The translations under genes were made by a program, and so were the position numbers. From Deltaproteobacteria bacterium (lineage in GTDB: Bacteria; Myxococcota_A; Polyangia; JACPQR01), in assembly GCA_016190375.1 (NCBI GenBank), contig JACPQR010000213.1, positions 3,340 through 67,339 on the forward strand: a DNA stretch of 64,000 nt, read 5' to 3'. Shown here one piece after another: positions 10,164-19,242 of the stretch. Position 1 is the first letter of the stretch, and the number at the start of each line of letters is the position of its first letter. A model generated the notes under the pieces. The model was not told the DNA's origin. It did not search any database and saw only the letters and a list, made by a program, of their open reading frames with translations.

Positions 10164-10907
10164 ATGCGCCACGCGATCGAGATCGGCTCGGGCGCCCTCG
10201 CGACGGCGCTCGTGTCGGGGGACGTCGCGGCGATCGGCTGCGCCGCGACCGCCCTGGCCGGGGCGGTGGGGCTGGGCGTCGCGTTCCCGTCTCTCGGCGT
10301 CTTCGGCCCGGTCGAGTCGCGCATCGCCGGCGAACCGGGGACGATCGCGCTCACGTTCGACGACGGGCCGGACCCGCGGTTCACGCCGCGCGTCCTCGAG
10401 GCGCTCGCCCGCGCCGGACATCTGGCGACGTTCTTTCTCGTGGGCCGGTCCCTCGAGCGTCACGCCGATCAAGCCCGAGCCATCCGGGACGCGGGCCACT
10501 CCCTCGGCGTCCACTCCTTCGCCCACTCGAGCTACAACGCGTTCTTCGGCAAGCCCCGCCTGCGCGCGGACTTCGAGGCCGCCGAGCGCGTCTGGGAAAC
10601 AGCTCTCGGCGGGCGGCCAGCTCTCTACCGCCCGCCCGTCGGGCTCGTGAACCCGAACGTGATGGCCGTCGCGCGGGAGCGCGGCTACCGGGTCGTCGCG
10701 TGGAGCCTGAGGGCGCTCGACGGAGTCCTCCTCTACGAGCCCGGCGCGATCCGCGCTCGAGTCAGGCGCGTGACGGAAGGCGACATCGTGCTCATGCACG
10801 ACGCCCTCCTCGGGGACAGCGACGCCGTCCCTCCGGGCGTCCTCGCCCTGCCCGGGATCCTCGACGACCTGGCCGCCCGCGGTCTCAGGAGCGTCGCGCT
10901 GGGCTGA
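10164..10907 (+). CDS. Polysaccharide deacetylase (NodB/CE4) with N-terminal TM
   Basis: LTFDDGP, HSFAH, YRPPVG, IVLMHD. Confidence 0.92.
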   Translation: MRHAIEIGSGALATALVSGDVAAIGCAATALAGAVGLGVAFPSLGVFGPVESRIAGEPGTIALTFDDGPDPRFTPRVLEALARAGHLATFFLVGRSLERHADQARAIRDAGHSLGVHSFAHSSYNAFFGKPRLRADFEAAERVWETALGGRPALYRPPVGLVNPNVMAVARERGYRVVAWSLRALDGVLLYEPGAIRARVRRVTEGDIVLMHDALLGDSDAVPPGVLALPGILDDLAARGLRSVALG

Positions 10908-11634
10908 CGATCACCCGCGCCTCGCCCCCTCCGAGCGGGCAGCGAGCGGCGAATGTCCGCGGCTCCTTCAGGCCCGACCGGATCGCGCGGACGAGCTCCA
11001 TCGCCGCTGCGGGCGCGAGAGATACGCAGGGGCCGGTCGCCGGCACGGCGGGCTCGAACGGCGCCTCGGAGATCGAGCACAGCGCGCCACGGGCGCCGTC
11101 CGGCTCGAGGAGCAACGCGGCCGCGCCCTCTGCCGGACCTTGGGCGACGAGGCCCGCGCCGGACAGCCACCGCGCCGACTCCTCCGAGGCCGCGTCGGCC
11201 ACGACCGCGAGGGCGGCGGGCGCCCGCCCACTCGCCACGAGCCGCCGGGCGGTGAGCACCGCGTCCAGCCCCGCGTGGAACCCCGACGTGAGCGCGAGGT
11301 TCGGCCCGGTCAGCCCGAAGGCGATCGCGACCTCTCCGGCGGCGGCGTTGGGCGAGGTGTAGGGGAAGCGCTTGGGATCCGCGAGCCGGGCGCCCCGCCG
11401 CATGATCTTCTCGTAGAAGCGGACGTTCGTCGTGAGCGAGGCGAGGGCGCTGCCGTAAACGACCGCGACGGGACGCTCGCGCCCCGCGGGCGCTCCGAGC
11501 GCCCTGTACGCGGCGAGGAGCGCGAGGTGACACACGCGGTCCGTTCGCGCGAGCCGCTCCGGAGCATCCGGCCACTCGGCGCGCACGTCGATCGCGCCGG
11601 GCTCCACGAGACCTGCGGCGGTGACGGCGGTCAC
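10885..11634 (-). CDS. Ketosynthase-like chain-length factor (no catalytic Cys)
   Basis: GTG at 11634 overlaps the KS stop; PKRFPYTSPNAAAGEVAIAFGLTGPNLALTSGFHAG, Cys absent; EGAAALLLE. Confidence 0.8.
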   Translation of the reverse strand: MTAVTAAGLVEPGAIDVRAEWPDAPERLARTDRVCHLALLAAYRALGAPAGRERPVAVVYGSALASLTTNVRFYEKIMRRGARLADPKRFPYTSPNAAAGEVAIAFGLTGPNLALTSGFHAGLDAVLTARRLVASGRAPAALAVVADAASEESARWLSGAGLVAQGPAEGAAALLLEPDGARGALCSISEAPFEPAVPATGPCVSLAPAAAMELVRAIRSGLKEPRTFAARCPLGGGEARVIVSPARRS

Positions 11635-12791
11635 GGCGCTTCCAGGACGAGCGCGGCGTTCGAGCCACCGAAGCCGCTCGAGAGCTTCAGCGCCGTCCGG
11701 GCCCTCGGGAGCTCGATCGGCTCGCCCGTCGTGTAGTCGAGGTCGCAGTCCGGATCGACAGCATCGGACGTCAGGGTCGGGGGACCGACTCGCCGGCTCA
11801 TTGCCGCGAGCGTGACGACCGCCTCGATCAGACCCGCAGCGCCCAGCGTGTGGCCGACGATGGGCTTGATCGTGTGGATCGGGATCTCGCGCGCCCGCTC
11901 GCCCAGAGCGTCCTTGATCCCCCGCGACTCCATCGCGTCGTTGTGCACCGTGCCGGTGCCGTGCGCGCTGACGAGATCGATGTCGCGCGCCGTCCGGCCC
12001 GAGTCCGCGAGCGCCGCCCGGATCGCGCGTGACACGCCCGCTCCTTCGCGGTCCGGAGCCGTGATGTGCCGGGCGTCGCCGCTCATCCCGGCGCCGAGCA
12101 GCCGCCCGCGCCGGCCCGCCGATCGCCTCAGGACCACGGCCGCCGCGCCTTCCCCGAGCACCAGACCCGAGCGATCTGCCCTGAAGGGAGTCGGGATCCG
12201 AGGCGAGAGCGCCCCGAGCGCGTCGAAGCCCGCGTGCACGAAGTCGCACCACGCGTCGTAGCCGACCGCGATCGCGAGATCGACGGAGCCGCAGGCGACG
12301 AGATCCGCGGCGAGGCAGAGGGCGATCGCGCCCGAGGCGCAGGCCGAGCTGACGGTCTGGACTGGCCCGGCGATCCCCAGCGCGCGCGCCGCGAAGGCCA
12401 TCGGCGCGAAGTAGCTCGCCTCGCGCGAGCCGGCGTGCTCGGGATCGCGGAGGTGACCCACGAGCTCGGTCATCGCTCCCGACGAGGTCCCCACGACCAG
12501 CGCCGAGTTCGCTCCCCGCGCCGAGCCCAGCCCCGCGTCCTCGATCGCCATCCTCGCGGCGCAGAGGACCATCCTGTGAGGCCGGGGCGCCGCCAGCTCC
12601 TCGCCAGACAGCCAGCGCTCCTCGGCGAACGCCTCCACTCGCGCGACCAGGGCCGACTTGAAGCCCAGCGCGGCGAGCTCCGGCGACTCGCGGATCGCGC
12701 TCCGCTTCGCCAGCACCTCCTCGAGGATCGCAGCCGCCCCGACCCCCGCGGCCGAGATCGCCGACACGCCCTCGATTCCAACCGGCTCCAA
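11631..12791 (-). CDS. Beta-ketoacyl-ACP synthase (FabF-like, type II KS)
   Basis: SSACASG, SAHGTGT, KPIVGHTLGAAG, SGFGGSN; TTG start inferred. Confidence 0.9.
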   Translation of the reverse strand: MEPVGIEGVSAISAAGVGAAAILEEVLAKRSAIRESPELAALGFKSALVARVEAFAEERWLSGEELAAPRPHRMVLCAARMAIEDAGLGSARGANSALVVGTSSGAMTELVGHLRDPEHAGSREASYFAPMAFAARALGIAGPVQTVSSACASGAIALCLAADLVACGSVDLAIAVGYDAWCDFVHAGFDALGALSPRIPTPFRADRSGLVLGEGAAAVVLRRSAGRRGRLLGAGMSGDARHITAPDREGAGVSRAIRAALADSGRTARDIDLVSAHGTGTVHNDAMESRGIKDALGERAREIPIHTIKPIVGHTLGAAGLIEAVVTLAAMSRRVGPPTLTSDAVDPDCDLDYTTGEPIELPRARTALKLSSGFGGSNAALVLEAP

Positions 12792-12864
12792 CGGCCCCGC
12801 ATTGTTCAGCCCCGCGGGGCCGGGGGTCAAGGCTCGACTTCGCCATGATAAGCTCACCGGCGCG

Positions 12865-14409
12865 ATGCAGCCGCGCCCGCCTGCGGCGAGGGAACGCCGC
12901 CGAGTGCTCGTGGTCGCAGCCGTGTTGCTGGGCTGCTGCAGCGGCGGGGCACCGCAGAGCGAGCGCGTCGCGAGGGTCAGGCGCGTCGAGCTGCCGCCGC
13001 CGGCGCCGCCGGCGCCGCCCGCTCCGGCTCCCGCTCGACCGCCGGCGCCGCCCGCCCCCGCGGAGCTCCTGCACCTCGTTCCTTCCCAGGTCGTCGTGTC
13101 CTCGATCGCGGGAGCGGTCCTGCACACGGCCGAGCTGGTCGACGGCAACCTCGAGACCGCATGGAACTCCGCACAGGACGACGTGACGCGCTCGTGGATC
13201 GCGTTTCGCGTCCCGCGCGACGCTCGCGTGACCTCCCTTCGGCTCACGGCCGGGTTCGTGAAGGTGGACGGGCCGCGCGACTTCTTCACCGGGAACTACC
13301 GCGTTCGCAAGGTGCGCGTCAGCCGCGACGGCGAAGCGCTCGGGGAGCATGCCCTCGACCCGGACGACCGAGGCCTGCAGACGATCGCCGTCGCCGGCCC
13401 CGGCGGCGAGTACCGGATCGACTTCGTCGATCTCGTCGCAGGAACGAGCGAACGCTGGCGCCAGACGTGCGTCTCCGAGCTGGAAGTCCTCGGCGTGCCT
13501 GGCGCCGAGCGGCACGCGGCCCCGGCGCCTCCGCTCGTGCGGATTGGCTCGTTCGCCGGCATTCCGGCGGCCGACGGCCGGGTCACGCCGCTCGTGAGCG
13601 CCAGGGGCATGGTCGTCCAGAAACGTCCGGCGATCGACCGGCAGGACCTCGCCCGCATCCTGCAGGGGGCCTGGCTCACCCCGGCCGAGCCGCGCGCCTG
13701 GACGGTGCTGGGCGGCGACGGCGGTGACCGGGTCGCCCTCGTCTGGCTCACGCACCGGTCCGGCAGCGAGCGGGCGGCGGAGAGGAGACGGGCTCGGCGA
13801 GGTCTCCGACGGCTGCCCGCCGGCTCGGAGGGCTGCTCCTCGGAGGGCGCGTGCCCGGAGCTCCACGCCGCCAGGGTCTCCTTGCCCGCGCGGGGAGTCC
13901 CCCAGGTGGAGCGCCTGGTGGAGATCGGGGAGGACATGTGCGGCCCGGACACGTACCTGGAGCAGTCGATAGGGCATGCCGACCCCGCCTTCGGCGCCAA
14001 CTTCGCCGGTCGGATCGACCTGGAGGAGCTCGACGCCGACGGATCCGTCGAGGCGAGCTTTCGGGTCCGGTGGCAGACTACCCCTCAGTGCGCCGTGGGC
14101 TACAACGAGCTCCGGAGGCTTCTGATCCTCGATGTCGAGTCGTCGCAGGTCCAGCTCGAGGTCACGCTCTTCGAGCACCCGCAGGCCTCGAGCCTGCCGC
14201 GGGTGGACACTCGCCTCTCGCCGCGCGATCTCGATGGCGACGGCCATCCGGATTTCGAGATGAGGACGACCGAGCTCCTCCAGTGCTTCGGGGAAGAGCG
14301 GGGACCAGACTGCGGCTACCGTACGCAGGACAAGACCCTCCTCTACGATCCAGCGTCGGACCGCTGGATCGAGCGACCGCTCGCTCCTTCCCCAGCCTCC
14401 TCGCCCTGA
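12865..14409 (+). CDS. Lipoprotein with discoidin/galactose-binding-like domain and Ca-binding DxDGDG motifs
   Basis: LLGC lipobox, Pro-rich linker, LVDGNLETAWNS...CVSELEV, DLDGDGHPDF. Confidence 0.7.
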   Translation: MQPRPPAARERRRVLVVAAVLLGCCSGGAPQSERVARVRRVELPPPAPPAPPAPAPARPPAPPAPAELLHLVPSQVVVSSIAGAVLHTAELVDGNLETAWNSAQDDVTRSWIAFRVPRDARVTSLRLTAGFVKVDGPRDFFTGNYRVRKVRVSRDGEALGEHALDPDDRGLQTIAVAGPGGEYRIDFVDLVAGTSERWRQTCVSELEVLGVPGAERHAAPAPPLVRIGSFAGIPAADGRVTPLVSARGMVVQKRPAIDRQDLARILQGAWLTPAEPRAWTVLGGDGGDRVALVWLTHRSGSERAAERRRARRGLRRLPAGSEGCSSEGACPELHAARVSLPARGVPQVERLVEIGEDMCGPDTYLEQSIGHADPAFGANFAGRIDLEELDADGSVEASFRVRWQTTPQCAVGYNELRRLLILDVESSQVQLEVTLFEHPQASSLPRVDTRLSPRDLDGDGHPDFEMRTTELLQCFGEERGPDCGYRTQDKTLLYDPASDRWIERPLAPSPASSP

Positions 14410-14512
14410 TCGGAAAGGCGCAATGTACTTCGTGAGCTGAACGGATGAGGCCACCGGCATCTCCGGCTCACGCCTGTTCGAGCTGATCGCCGATGGGCGG
14501 CTCGAGCTGCGC

Positions 14513-14679
14513 TAGGAGACTGGTGCAGAACTCCGGACCGAGCCGGGCGGTCGAGGCGGCCCCGGATCCTAGGCGCACCGACGACGCATATCCTTCGATA
14601 TTCGGAGGAGGCGCAACGACGGAGACGGGGGCGGATCGGCCGATCCGGCGACGGGAGCGAGTTCTGCACCAGTCTCCTA
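14513..14679. mobile_element. MITE-like element, 167 bp
   Basis: TAGGAGACTGGTGCAGAACTC (14513-14533) is the exact reverse complement of 14659-14679; non-coding, internally self-complementary. Confidence 0.8.
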
Positions 14680-15882
14680 ACCGCCTTCAGCCCTCCTCCA
14701 CATCGTCCTGGCCGCGCTCATCAGCGTACGGACCCGGCTCAGCTTCGCGTCCGGCTCGAGCCCCCGCCCCATCCGGTGGAGCTGCTCGTGGTACCACCCG
14801 CCCTCCGTCGCCGCGGCGAGCACCGCGAGCCTCCCGCTCGGCGGCGTGGCCGCGGACGCCCGGGTCCTTCCGGCGAGGATCTGCATGGGGAGATCGGGCT
14901 CGAGCGCGATCGGCCGCGCGAGCCCGACGACGTCGGCGCTCCCTTCGAGGAGGACCTCTTCGATCACCCGAGGCGTGCGCAGCCCGCCGGTGAGCATCAG
15001 CGGGCAGCCCACCGCTCCCCTGATCTGCCGCGCGTAGTCCAGGAAGTGCGCCTCCCGCTCCCGCGTCGAGTCTCTGGGGGCCACGAACATCGCCGGTCGC
15101 TCGTAGGTGCCGCCGGAGATCTCCAGGAGCTCGACGCCCTCCTGGTCGAGCGTGCGCGCCACGACCGTCGCCTCCTCGTCGCCGAAGCCGCCGCGCAGGA
15201 AGTCCGACGAGTTCAGCTTCACCGACACGGCGAACCGGGGACCGACCGCCCTCCGCACGGCCCGGAGGCTCTCGACGAGGAAGCGCATCCGGTTCTCCAG
15301 AGGCCCGCCCCAGGCGTCGGTGCGGAGGTTCGTGAGAGGCGAGAGGAACTGGCTGAACAGGTAGCCGTGCGCCGCGTGGAGCTGCACGCCCGAGAAGCCG
15401 GCCTCCTGGGCCAGCCGGGCCGCGCCCGCGAAGTGGCCGACCAGCGCGGAGATCTCCTCACCCGTGAGGGCGCGCGGGGCCACGAACATCCCGCCCAGGC
15501 GCAGAGGCACCGCCGAGGGCGCTACCGGAGCGCCGTTGACCGACCGAGGGCTTTGACGGCCGGCGTGGTTGAGCTGGACGAAGGCGACGCCTGGCCCGGA
15601 GGCCGCGGCCGCCGCCCAGCGTCGGAACGCCTCGAGCGGCGGCCCCTTTCGCGGGCGCACGAGGACGTTCCCGGGCTCTCCGGCCCCGCCCGGCTCGACC
15701 ATGACGTTGCCAGTGATGAAGAGCCCCGCGCCGCCGCGCGCGAGCCTGCGATACAGCACCTCGAGCTCGGGCGACGGCTCACCCCCGGGTGTGGCCATCG
15801 TCTCGCTCATCGCCGCCTTGGCGATGCGGTTGGGCAGCGTGAGCCCCGAGCGGAGCGACAGCGGCCGGGCAAGCACGCTCAC
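14677..15882 (-). CDS. NADH:flavin oxidoreductase (Old Yellow Enzyme family)
   Basis: LPNRIAKAAMSE, QLNHAGR, HAAHGYLFSQFLSPLTNLRTDAWGG; GTGA overlap. Confidence 0.95.
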   Translation of the reverse strand: MSVLARPLSLRSGLTLPNRIAKAAMSETMATPGGEPSPELEVLYRRLARGGAGLFITGNVMVEPGGAGEPGNVLVRPRKGPPLEAFRRWAAAAASGPGVAFVQLNHAGRQSPRSVNGAPVAPSAVPLRLGGMFVAPRALTGEEISALVGHFAGAARLAQEAGFSGVQLHAAHGYLFSQFLSPLTNLRTDAWGGPLENRMRFLVESLRAVRRAVGPRFAVSVKLNSSDFLRGGFGDEEATVVARTLDQEGVELLEISGGTYERPAMFVAPRDSTREREAHFLDYARQIRGAVGCPLMLTGGLRTPRVIEEVLLEGSADVVGLARPIALEPDLPMQILAGRTRASAATPPSGRLAVLAAATEGGWYHEQLHRMGRGLEPDAKLSRVRTLMSAARTMWRRAEGG

Positions 15883-16559
15883 CGAGCGGTCTCCAGCGCC
15901 GGTCGCACCGCCCGAAGCACCTCCGAGGCGACCCCGAGCTGGCTCACGACGTCGCGGGTCAGGTCCTTCAGGCCCGCGGCCTCGAGCACCGGCGAGAGCC
16001 GCACAGCGCGGCAACCTCCAAACAACGAAGGCTCGAGCTCGAAGAGCGCGCCGGCCGCCCTGGCGATGGGCCCCTTGCCGTGCGTCATGTTGACGAGCAC
16101 GAGCCGGCCCCCGGGCCTGAGCACCCGCACGAGCTCGCCCACCACCGCCGGGAAGTCTGCTTCGGGGAGCAGGTCGAACATGTAGTTGTTGAACACCACG
16201 TCGAAGCTCGCATCGGGGAAGTCCAGCGCATAGGCGTCGCCCACGGCCAGCTCCCAGCTCCCGCCCGGAGCGACGCGCGCGGCCCGTCTCCGCGCTCGCG
16301 CGAGCATCGCCGGGGTGAGATCCACGCCCACGTTCCGGCCGCGGGGGTTGGCACGCAGGGTCTGGGCGAACAGGAGCCCCGTGCCCACCGCAACCTCGAG
16401 CACGGCCTCGCCATCCTGCAGGGCTGCACGCTCGAGCGCCAATCGCCGGGCGCGACCCTCGGCGAGCCCGGCCCAGAGATCGTACACGCTCGCCAGTCGG
16501 GTATAGACGCCAGGCACCTCGGGCCGGCCGAGGGTCTTCTCGAGAATCGCTTCGTTCAT
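15879..16559 (-). CDS. Class I SAM-dependent methyltransferase (UbiE-like)
   Basis: VLEVAVGTG, GVDLTPAML, FPDASFDVV, RVLRPGG; AAGGAAGGA RBS. Confidence 0.9.
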   Translation of the reverse strand: MNEAILEKTLGRPEVPGVYTRLASVYDLWAGLAEGRARRLALERAALQDGEAVLEVAVGTGLLFAQTLRANPRGRNVGVDLTPAMLARARRRAARVAPGGSWELAVGDAYALDFPDASFDVVFNNYMFDLLPEADFPAVVGELVRVLRPGGRLVLVNMTHGKGPIARAAGALFELEPSLFGGCRAVRLSPVLEAAGLKDLTRDVVSQLGVASEVLRAVRPALETAR

Positions 16560-16912
16560 CGGGTCCTTCCTTTCGGTTCGTGTTTCGAGACCGGGCAGCA
16601 GGCCTCGATGGAGTCCGCGAGCTGTCGCAGCGTGCCGACCAGCGCGGCGTTGCGCACGCGGTACAGGAGCTCCTTGCCGCGGCGCTCTCCCTCCACCACC
16701 CCCGCGTCGCGCAGGGTCGCGAGGTGGCGCGACACGACCGAGAGGTCCACCCGGCAGCAGCCCGACTGCGCGATCTCGGAGACGCTCCGAGGGGAGCGCT
16801 GCGCCATGAGCCAGCCGAGGATGGCGACGCGCGTCGGGTCGCACAGCGCGCGCCAGAAGCCCGGGTCGAGGAGAGAGAGACCGGCGCGCCCACGTTTGTA
16901 CGCTTGCGTCAC
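16556..16912 (-). CDS. ArsR/SmtB family transcriptional regulator
   Basis: ALCDPTRVAIL...VSRHLATLRDAGVV...GKELLY; two Cys-Cys pairs; start uncertain (16912 or 16930). Confidence 0.92.
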   Translation of the reverse strand: MTQAYKRGRAGLSLLDPGFWRALCDPTRVAILGWLMAQRSPRSVSEIAQSGCCRVDLSVVSRHLATLRDAGVVEGERRGKELLYRVRNAALVGTLRQLADSIEACCPVSKHEPKGRTR

Positions 16913-16949
16913 GGTGCAAATGAGTAGCAACGCGCGGACGGCCTGTCAA
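16896..16949 (-). promoter_or_regulatory. sigma70-type promoter with overlapping palindromic operator (ArsR autoregulation)
   Basis: TTGACA-N17-TACTCA (16949-16921), followed by inverted repeats TTGC..GCAA and TTTGCAC..GTACAAA over the start codon. Confidence 0.55.
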
Positions 16950-17064
16950 CCCCCACCTCGCGGTCCCGCGGATTCGAGGTCGGACCCGACCGCAGACCCC
17001 GAGGCTCGAGGGACCCATCGGGAAAGCTGCCCCGGGCGCCCTGACGTGATAGGGATCGGCTCCG

Positions 17065-17700
17065 ATGGAGACGCTTCTCGAGCTGTATCGCAATCCCGCG
17101 GAGCTGATCGCGTGGGGCGGCTACACCGCGCTCGCCGTGATCATCTTCTCGGAGACGGGCCTCCTCGTCGGCTTCTTCCTGCCGGGCGACTCGCTTCTGG
17201 TCACGGCCGGCCTGATCGCCGCCACCCAGCCCGACGTCCTCGACATCCTCGCCCTGAACGCGCTGCTCATGCCGATGGCCATCGGGGGGGATGCCTGCGG
17301 CTACTGGATCGGCTACCGCTCGGGAAAGAGGATCTACGACCGTCCGGACTCCCGCTTCTTCAAGCGCAAGCACCTCATCGCCACGCAGGCCTTCTACGAG
17401 AAGCACGGCGGCAAGACCATCATCATCGCGCGGTTCATGCCGTTCGCCCGCACCTTCGCCCCGGTCGTGGCCGGCGTCGCCCGCATGGGCTACCCGCGGT
17501 TCGCCACGTTCAACGTCATCGGGGGGATCGGCTGGATCGGGTCGATGACGATGACCGGCTACTTGCTCGGCAACATCCCGAACGCCGACAAGTACGTCCA
17601 CGTCATCATCGCGGCCGTGATCTTCCTCTCGATCTCGCCGGGCATCTACGCCTTCGTCAGGGCGAAGCTCGCGGCGCGCCGAAGCCAGCCCGCCGCATGA
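17065..17700 (+). CDS. dedA: DedA/VTT family membrane protein
   Basis: FSETGLLVGFFLPGDSLL, IARFMPFARTFAP. Confidence 0.92.
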   Translation: METLLELYRNPAELIAWGGYTALAVIIFSETGLLVGFFLPGDSLLVTAGLIAATQPDVLDILALNALLMPMAIGGDACGYWIGYRSGKRIYDRPDSRFFKRKHLIATQAFYEKHGGKTIIIARFMPFARTFAPVVAGVARMGYPRFATFNVIGGIGWIGSMTMTGYLLGNIPNADKYVHVIIAAVIFLSISPGIYAFVRAKLAARRSQPAA

Positions 17701-18506
17701 CCTCCAGAACGCGAGCCCTGACGGTCGTCCTCGCGGCGACCACGGTCTTCAGCGCGACGGCGAGCGCCAACGAGCTGCGGCTCGATCCGGTAACGGACTC
17801 GGTCACGATCGCGACCGGCGCACTGTTCACGCTCTCCATCGAAGCGCTGTCCAGGGGCAAGGAGCTGCGTCCCCAGGAGCCCGGAGACGAGGACGACCTC
17901 TTCTTCCTGGACCGATCCGTGGTTCGCGGGTCGAGCGCCGACCTCACCGGCGACCGCTTCCTCTCGGACGCGCTCTACGTCGCCGCGTTCGCCGCGGGCA
18001 TCTTCAAGCCGGTCCTCACGGGGCTCGAGGAAGGCGCGGAACAGGGCTGGATCGACCTCGCCCTGTACGCGGAGTCGGCCGCGATCAACGGCGCGATCAC
18101 CGAGCTCGTGAAGATCGCGGTGCGCCGGCCTCGACCCATCGCCTACATCCGGGTGAGGGAAGGGACCTACGATCCGGAGACGAACACCGCCCTCTCCTTC
18201 TGGTCGGGCCACACGTCCTCGGTCGCCGCGATCGGCGCGACGATGACCTACCTCGAGTTCTACCGGAACCGCTGCACCGCTCGTCCGTGGATCTCGCTGG
18301 CCGCCTGGGCCCTCGCCACGGCCGTCACGGGCGTCGCGCGGGTCACCTCGCGCAATCACTTCATCACCGACGTGATCGCGGGCGCGGCTTTCGGGACGGG
18401 CGTGGGGCTCCTGGTCCCGCACCTGCATCGCCGCGCCTCGCGCATCCGGCCGACCGCGGCCGTTCTCGATCGCGGCGCCACGCTGGGAGTCGCGGGCGAG
18501 CTGTGA
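17697..18506 (+). CDS. PAP2 family phosphatase
   Basis: KIAVRRPRP, SFWSGH, ARVTSRNHFITDV; ATGA overlap. Confidence 0.9.
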   Translation: MTSRTRALTVVLAATTVFSATASANELRLDPVTDSVTIATGALFTLSIEALSRGKELRPQEPGDEDDLFFLDRSVVRGSSADLTGDRFLSDALYVAAFAAGIFKPVLTGLEEGAEQGWIDLALYAESAAINGAITELVKIAVRRPRPIAYIRVREGTYDPETNTALSFWSGHTSSVAAIGATMTYLEFYRNRCTARPWISLAAWALATAVTGVARVTSRNHFITDVIAGAAFGTGVGLLVPHLHRRASRIRPTAAVLDRGATLGVAGEL

Positions 18507-18507
18507 C

Positions 18508-19242
18508 ATGCGCGGCGAGCGTCTCGACGAGGCGTTGGTGCGCCTCGGCCTCGCGCCTTCGCGAGAGCGGGCGCGGGCGCTGATCCTGGCCGGCAAGGTG
18601 CTGATCGACGCGTCCGTCGCCGACAAGCCTGGCACGCGAGTGCCCGTCGGCGCCTCGGTCGAGCTGCTCGTGCCCGATCACCCGTTCGTCTCGCGCGGCG
18701 GCGTCAAGCTCGAAGGAGCCCTCGAGGCCTTCGGGATCGATCCGCAGGGCGCCGTCTGCGCCGACATCGGCGCGTCGACCGGGGGCTTCACGCACGTCCT
18801 CCTCAAGCGGGGTGCGCGCAGGGTGTTCGCGGTCGATGTCGGCTACGGCCAGCTCGCCGACAGCCTGCGCCGCGACCCGCGTGTGGTGCCGATGGAGCGA
18901 ACCAACGTCCGCTACCTCGCACCCGGCGCGTTCGACGAGCCGCCGTCGCTGGTCGTGATCGACGTCTCGTTCATCAGCGTCTCGAAGATCCTGCCCGCGC
19001 TCGTGCCGCTCTCTGCCCCCGGCGCCACGTTCGTCGTGCTTGTCAAGCCGCAGTTCGAGGTCGGTCGCGAGAAGGTCGGCAAGGGCGGCGTGGTCCGCGA
19101 CGACGCGCTGCGCATGGCCGCCGTCGACTCCGTCTCGGCCGCCGCCCGCGCGCTCGGGCTCGTGGAGGTGAGCCGCGCCGACAGCGTACTGCCCGGACCC
19201 AAGGGCAACCGCGAGGTCTTCCTTCACCTCCGGCGGGTCTGA
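18508..19242 (+). CDS. tlyA: TlyA family rRNA 2'-O-methyltransferase
   Basis: S4 domain, FVSRGGVKL, DIGASTGGFT, LVKPQFE, GPKGNRE. Confidence 0.97.
   Translation: MRGERLDEALVRLGLAPSRERARALILAGKVLIDASVADKPGTRVPVGASVELLVPDHPFVSRGGVKLEGALEAFGIDPQGAVCADIGASTGGFTHVLLKRGARRVFAVDVGYGQLADSLRRDPRVVPMERTNVRYLAPGAFDEPPSLVVIDVSFISVSKILPALVPLSAPGATFVVLVKPQFEVGREKVGKGGVVRDDALRMAAVDSVSAAARALGLVEVSRADSVLPGPKGNREVFLHLRRV

Noticed and set aside
10885..14460. 1191-aa ORF that looks like a giant KS fusion
   Set aside because: Only the last 249 aa are coding (CLF). The rest is off-frame or antisense to real genes, a high-GC artefact.
15879..16559. arsM call for the methyltransferase beside ArsR
   Set aside because: It lacks the conserved multiple cysteines of ArsM.
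16950..17060. Hairpin-rich intergenic region as riboswitch or sRNA
   Set aside because: No recognisable conserved motif; such stems are expected at this GC content. An Rfam scan would settle it.
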